Part shown: one piece after another, positions 58,900-64,000 of the stretch
Layout of the letters: every line of letters starts with the position of its first letter
Position numbering within the stretch: the first letter of the stretch is position 1
Source: Candidatus Poribacteria bacterium
Lineage (GTDB): Bacteria; Poribacteria; WGA-4E; PCPOR2b
Assembly: GCA_965208325.1 (NCBI GenBank)
Contig: OZ242326.1
Location: 768,001 to 832,000, forward strand
Direction: 5' to 3'
DNA length: 64,000 bases
Notes under the pieces: model-generated
The model's database searches: none
The model's input: the letters and a program-made list of their open reading frames with translations, nothing else
What the model was told of the DNA's origin: nothing
Program-made: the position numbers and the translations under genes

Positions 58900-59148
58900 C
58901 CACAAACCTTTTCGTGAAAGTGTTGAGAGATGTGCAGAACCGTGCGGCTTTAGAGACCGCGGCCGCCCACCCAATGGAAGTAACCTACAACTTCATGGGA
59001 TACTCACTGGTGTTGCTGTCAGCGAAATTTTGACGGCGCAACACCATGGTCACATTGTGAAGAATTAAGGTCGGATAATACGAGGAATCTAACTCCAGGG
59101 AGGAGGGCGGGGAGGAAATGACACACGCGAGAAATTGTACTTCGAGTC

Positions 59149-60210
59149 TTACTCAGGTATTTGGATTTGCAAGTCTTCTTGAATGCTCTTAATTGCTGCG
59201 AGAATGCCCGGATCTGGATAAAGCTGATAGGCGTTTTGGTATGCTTCAAGGGCGGATTCTGGCTCCTGGAGGAAACCAAGATTAATCTCTCCCATTTGCC
59301 GCCATGCATCAACTTGGTTTGCATCGAGTTCGACAATTTGTTCATATATTTCGAGTGCTTCCCCGTAAAACCGAACATCTCCCTCACCCCGCTCAAGACT
59401 TTGTGCTTGAACGTAGAGCAAATCAATAAGGTCGTCTTTAGCGTCGGTAAAGTTAGGTTCTTGAGCCACAGCTTCCTTGAGCAGCTCAATAGCCTTATCC
59501 GTTAACTCTCCAATTTCAGAAAGTTCTTCGGCTGACAGGGCGCGGCCGCCATAGGTGTAATCATGTACAATGCGCCTATAGGTCCGAGATAGTTGCAGGC
59601 GAGCGAGCAATCCAAACGGCGCCGATTCAAACGGCAATGGAACTAATTCGGCGTCATTTTCGATAGCCTGTCTGTAGTAGTGAATGGCTTCCTTGTATTG
59701 CTGGGCGCCTTGATATAACAACCCTAAGGTATAGTGTGCTTCGGAATTAGTTGGGTCCTTTTCGAGCACATGAAGCAACGCTTCCGTAGCAGCAGCTTTT
59801 TCGCCATACCCGTATAGCAACTTTCCACGAAGTAGATGCACACCAATATGATTCGGCTGCTCCTTTGCTACACGTTCAAGGTGTGCTTCTGCATCTTCGT
59901 TCCAGTTGCTGTGAAAGTAGATCTCAGCGACACGCAAGTGGGCATGCAACAGGCTTTTTTCCAATTGATTCCCTGTGTCTGACCGTCCTTCCTTTGCATT
60001 TTCAATCGAATTTATTGCACCCCAGTAGGCGACCAACGCTTTCACTAAATCCTGTTTGGCGAAGTAGGCATCGCCGCGTTCCATTAACGATTGCGCTTGC
60101 GCTATAGGCTGTGGATTTTCCTCGGTGCCAGCTACTTTTACATGCAGAAACATCAGGACGAAAAATAACGCTAAGACCATTGTTTCAAGGTATAGCAACC
60201 ATTTTTTCAT
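59149..60210 (-). CDS. Exported tetratricopeptide-repeat protein
   Basis: N-terminal hydrophobic segment; DPTNSEAHYTLGLLYQGAQQYKEAIHYYRQAI-type repeats. Confidence 0.9.
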   Translation of the reverse strand: MKKWLLYLETMVLALFFVLMFLHVKVAGTEENPQPIAQAQSLMERGDAYFAKQDLVKALVAYWGAINSIENAKEGRSDTGNQLEKSLLHAHLRVAEIYFHSNWNEDAEAHLERVAKEQPNHIGVHLLRGKLLYGYGEKAAATEALLHVLEKDPTNSEAHYTLGLLYQGAQQYKEAIHYYRQAIENDAELVPLPFESAPFGLLARLQLSRTYRRIVHDYTYGGRALSAEELSEIGELTDKAIELLKEAVAQEPNFTDAKDDLIDLLYVQAQSLERGEGDVRFYGEALEIYEQIVELDANQVDAWRQMGEINLGFLQEPESALEAYQNAYQLYPDPGILAAIKSIQEDLQIQIPE

Positions 60211-60273
60211 ACAGATTCCCCATAATCAATACAACGCAATTTAAGGTTCCAGAATTGACGCAGGTCATCTCTA

Positions 60274-62127
60274 CTACTGAACATCCGCCACAAGTTCCAA
60301 GAATTCCTCGGCATCAACGAATTTTTCAATGCGTTTCTGCTTTAATTGATTGCCCGTTGAATCATAAAAAATTACAACAGGCAATCCCACAATGCTGTAC
60401 TTTTCCTTTAACCGCTCGGATTCGTCTGAATTTTTAGTGAAGTCTAGTTTGATGTTAACAAATTGCGAAAGTTTCGATTGCACCGCGGGATGGGAGAATG
60501 TCTTGTGGTCTAGTTCTTTGCACGCAGCGCACCATGTTGCATAAAAATCCAGCATGGCGGGTTTCCCTTCGCTTCGGGCAATTTCTAATCCTCTTTCTTC
60601 GCTGGCAATCCAGTTTAAGTCGCTTTCCACCGCTGTCAGCCCGCCAATTATCATATACAATCCAAGAACTGCCAATACAATTCCAAAAGCCTTCCGAAAC
60701 CGCGCCAGACTTGACAGGTCTTTAAACCGTTGCGTAAATCGTCCCAATAATACACCGAGTAGCAGCAACACGCCGGCAATAACGAAAAATTCCCAAGAAT
60801 GTCTTAGGAAAGCTCGCAGCGGTTCGATTACGTCTTTGAGAAAATATAATGCTACCGTAATAATCGCGACACCAAATATGTTCTCCAGCACATACATCCA
60901 GGTACCGGATCTCGGTAGAATGACGCCGGAAAATGTACCGATTACGATGAACAGCAATCCCATACCGATGGCATATGTGAGCATCAGCCAAAATCCGAGA
61001 AAAATGTCGCTGGTAGTTGCAATGTAAGCAAGCACCGCACCCAATGCGGGGCCCGTGCAAGGTGCAGCGATTATTCCCGCCACGGTACCCATACCAAATG
61101 CGCCGGCAAATCCGACGCCTCCGACGCGATTTAGCTTGTTCTGCACTGCGTATGGAAGGCGAATCTCGTAAACGCCAAGCATTGCCAAGCCGAGCGCAAT
61201 TAAGATTACGCAAACCGGAATTATGACTCTTGCATCCGCCATCACTTCCCCAAAAACTGCTCCGGTTTGTGCGGCAGCCATACCGAGGATTGCATAAGTC
61301 AGAGCAATACCTAACACGTAGGTTACAGATAAAAGAAAAGACCTCCAGCGGTTGGTAGATCCACCTGCCCCAAACACGGAGACGGTAATCGGAATCAGTG
61401 GATATACACATGGTGTGAGGCTTGTGAGTATTCCGCCGCCAAACACCAAGAGAAACGCCCAAAAAAGACCTTTCGACAACGCTTGAGACAACTTCCCGCT
61501 CTCGCTGGTGGCAATCTCCGCACCACCCAAATTGTCAAATTTTATTTCAGAAAAAACCTCATCGTTAATGGGTTGGATCGACTCGTTTAATCCAACCACC
61601 TCAATTGGCACATCTACCGTGATAGTTTTTGGCAATCGACATGTTTCGTCGCTGCACGCTTGGTATTTCAATTGAAGAGGCAGTATTTTCTCACCCAGTT
61701 GAGCGGTTTTACTCAAGACTGCGTGGATGCCGATTGTCACTTTATCATGGTAGACAGGCACAGGGGCTTCGCCGAGGGACTCAATTTTCAATAGATCGCC
61801 CTGCGGATATACAATTTCTCCGAAAGTCACATCTGGTGTGTTCGGCGGATTAGCTTCCGTCGGAATCAGGTAATCGCCTCCGGAAGGATTCGCATTTGCG
61901 TGCCACCCTTCCGCAAAATCCATCACGAGACCTATGAGGAACATGCTGCCAGGTTGCACCTTATCGACCGACAACACACCATGCACTTTAACAACCTCGG
62001 TTGCGCCGCTATTTTTCTGCGGTAGTCCAAGGTTTGATTGCTGTGCTTCAGTAGTTACAGGCATGCCGATGTATTCGGAGAAATAAAGTAAGCACAGTCC
62101 GGCGACGAAAACCCACTTTCTAATCAT
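60274..62127 (-). CDS. dsbD: Protein-disulfide reductase DsbD
   Basis: N-domain YQACSDETC; TM motifs TPCVYP and APCTGP; C-terminal WCAACK thioredoxin. Confidence 0.95.
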   Translation of the reverse strand: MIRKWVFVAGLCLLYFSEYIGMPVTTEAQQSNLGLPQKNSGATEVVKVHGVLSVDKVQPGSMFLIGLVMDFAEGWHANANPSGGDYLIPTEANPPNTPDVTFGEIVYPQGDLLKIESLGEAPVPVYHDKVTIGIHAVLSKTAQLGEKILPLQLKYQACSDETCRLPKTITVDVPIEVVGLNESIQPINDEVFSEIKFDNLGGAEIATSESGKLSQALSKGLFWAFLLVFGGGILTSLTPCVYPLIPITVSVFGAGGSTNRWRSFLLSVTYVLGIALTYAILGMAAAQTGAVFGEVMADARVIIPVCVILIALGLAMLGVYEIRLPYAVQNKLNRVGGVGFAGAFGMGTVAGIIAAPCTGPALGAVLAYIATTSDIFLGFWLMLTYAIGMGLLFIVIGTFSGVILPRSGTWMYVLENIFGVAIITVALYFLKDVIEPLRAFLRHSWEFFVIAGVLLLLGVLLGRFTQRFKDLSSLARFRKAFGIVLAVLGLYMIIGGLTAVESDLNWIASEERGLEIARSEGKPAMLDFYATWCAACKELDHKTFSHPAVQSKLSQFVNIKLDFTKNSDESERLKEKYSIVGLPVVIFYDSTGNQLKQKRIEKFVDAEEFLELVADVQ

Positions 62128-62284
62128 CGTAAAGGCTCCAGTTGTGGATGAATTATATCATGCATTGGTGAACAGATTGCTGCGATGCGACTCACGGCGT
62201 CTCCCAGCTATGGTATACGCGCCAAATAGCAGGATTTTAAATGCTGGTTTTACTGCGAATCCATCAATAATTGCTGATCTGTTT

Positions 62285-62863
62285 CTAATTCTCGTGTCCC
62301 ATTCTCCCTGCGAGTTTCTTTATGACCGCGGCTTGCAATTCTCCACGGTATCTCAATCCGGGAGCCTTGGCGTTCTGCAGACTCAATAACAGGTGCGTCT
62401 TTAACTCCTCAAAGGATGCCCAGCGAGCGTCCGCAATTTCTTTTGTATCCACAGGTTGTAGGTTACCGCCGACTGCTTGAGCGGTAAACACATGCGAAGT
62501 CCAGAAAACTTCCGTATCTTCATACGAAAAGTTAACTAATACCTTCAGGAGATATTGCCGAAGTTGTATTTTTAATCCCGTCTCTTCGAATGCTTCCCGG
62601 TGAACTCCGGCTTCAAAATCCTCCCCCGGTTCGATACCGCCGCTAGGCGGACGGAATACATCGGGAGGATAGCTCGGTTTTCGGATAACGGCGATATTGT
62701 CTCCATCGAAGATAAACGGTGTTACATCATGAGCCCGTCCATGCCTCATACTCCATTCAAGCAACTCAAACGAGCGCTTGTCCATAGTATAATCAGTGCG
62801 AAGGATTTGGGGTACGCCGTACTTCCGTTCGATTTGATACAACACGTTCTTGGTGATATACAT
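62285..62863 (-). CDS. NUDIX hydrolase
   Basis: Nudix box GGIEPGEDFEAGVHREAFEETGL. Confidence 0.92.
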   Translation of the reverse strand: MYITKNVLYQIERKYGVPQILRTDYTMDKRSFELLEWSMRHGRAHDVTPFIFDGDNIAVIRKPSYPPDVFRPPSGGIEPGEDFEAGVHREAFEETGLKIQLRQYLLKVLVNFSYEDTEVFWTSHVFTAQAVGGNLQPVDTKEIADARWASFEELKTHLLLSLQNAKAPGLRYRGELQAAVIKKLAGRMGHEN

Positions 62864-62944
62864 GACGCTGCACTCAATCCGGACTCGTAAGGGGTAAACC
62901 GGAACGTAGAAAATGAAATGACTAATTTGCGGGGCACCAATTTG

Positions 62945-64000
62945 TTAAATTCCTGAAACAAATCGACCCGGACTAAAAAGATTGAGCGGATCAAGCCTTG
63001 ATTTAATCTGCTGCATTAACTTTAGGCTACTGCCGATTTGACCCCAAACGTCAACATGACGTTTAATTGACGTTGGAGCTGATTCGACAATCAGATTACC
63101 CCCAACATTTCGGGCGTGATTACGCAAACCAGCAATCACATTTGAAGCAAATTTTGCTGAGGCAGAGTCGGCTGAAGGTACAGAGAAGGCAAAATAAACT
63201 ACGCCGTTACCGATGAGTCCCAAGACTCGCAAGTCCAGCAAATCACTGCATTGATCGAGTGCCGCCGTGATGAATTTTTCTACGTCGGTCATTCGGAGAT
63301 GAGCTTTACAGACAACCATCTGAGGATTAGATTCGGGAAACGCCGACATTGATGTCCGGACATCTCGCTGATACGCGCCATCTTTAACTTCCACACCTGT
63401 TGCGTCATTTAGGTTCGCGGCGGCACGAATTTGATTCATCTGCCAATCTACAGTTTCGTGGTGGCCGTCTATTCCAATCACAAGGCAGGGATCGACAATG
63501 TCAACCGATGGGGCGCCCCCGACAATCAAATTTAGAAAGATTGGCAAAAGTTGGGAATCCGCTATCTCAATAGCTGCGCGTGAAGCTTGTGTAACGCTCT
63601 TGAAGGTAATTAACATGGTTCGCTCGACCTCTGGCAACGGGTTCAGCTTGAAGGTAATTTCCGTAATGATGCCTAAGGTGCCGAACGATCCAATGTACAA
63701 CTTATTGAGATCGTACCCTGCAACATTTTTTACAACCTTTCCGCCGCATTTTACGGCGGCACCGTTCGACTGCACAAGTTGCATACCAAGCACACGATTC
63801 CGGGAATTGCCATAGTAGAGTGATGATGGGCCGCTAGAATTTGCCGCGACAATACCGCCGAGCGTTGCCCGATTAAGGTACGGTGGATCGAAAGGCAGAC
63901 ACTGCCCGTTTTCCGCTAGTTTAGCCTGAAGGTCGGCAAGCCGAACTCCAGATTGTACTGTGGCGGTTAAATCACCCGGCTCGTATTCGAGCACCTCGTT
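62945..64000 (-). CDS. FAD-binding oxidoreductase, GlcE-like (5'-truncated by window edge)
   Basis: YEPGDLTATV, ATLGG, GGKVVKNVAGYDL..GSFGTLG and LDP..LFSPGR motifs. Confidence 0.9.
   Translation of the reverse strand, partial: NEVLEYEPGDLTATVQSGVRLADLQAKLAENGQCLPFDPPYLNRATLGGIVAANSSGPSSLYYGNSRNRVLGMQLVQSNGAAVKCGGKVVKNVAGYDLNKLYIGSFGTLGIITEITFKLNPLPEVERTMLITFKSVTQASRAAIEIADSQLLPIFLNLIVGGAPSVDIVDPCLVIGIDGHHETVDWQMNQIRAAANLNDATGVEVKDGAYQRDVRTSMSAFPESNPQMVVCKAHLRMTDVEKFITAALDQCSDLLDLRVLGLIGNGVVYFAFSVPSADSASAKFASNVIAGLRNHARNVGGNLIVESAPTSIKRHVDVWGQIGSSLKLMQQIKSRLDPLNLFSPGRFVSGI

Overview
Bacterial chromosomal window, diderm, standard genetic code, about 45 CDSs. The gene content (ECF sigma factor with a long C-terminal extension, LamG, ankyrin and TPR proteins, futalosine-pathway mqnD, fragmented operons, REP-like elements) resembles Candidatus Poribacteria or a similar lineage. 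That taxonomic call is inference only. Housekeeping genes include def, larE, nagA, dapB, tyrA-cmk-plsC, dsbD and mqnD. Accessory genes include a type II R-M pair, a TonB-dependent receptor, a 2619-aa TPR/alpha-2-macroglobulin-like protein and a brnTA toxin-antitoxin relic. The top finding is a gene the ORF track truncates (8586..9263). It has its own promoter, RBS and signal peptide, two in-frame UGA codons spaced as a UxxU motif, a bacterial SECIS-like hairpin just downstream, and a beta-barrel-like domain ending in Phe: a candidate double-selenocysteine outer-membrane protein. Other findings: a candidate small RNA or sORF before dapB with near-perfect complementarity to the usual 16S rRNA 3' end; a circularly permuted LamG domain inside a GT-C-like membrane protein; a tandem Hfq/Sm-like protein; a ~77-bp hairpin tandem array; and a Tat-DUF362/Cys-tailed lipoprotein/beta-barrel operon. 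No rRNA, tRNA, CRISPR array or transposase was recognised.
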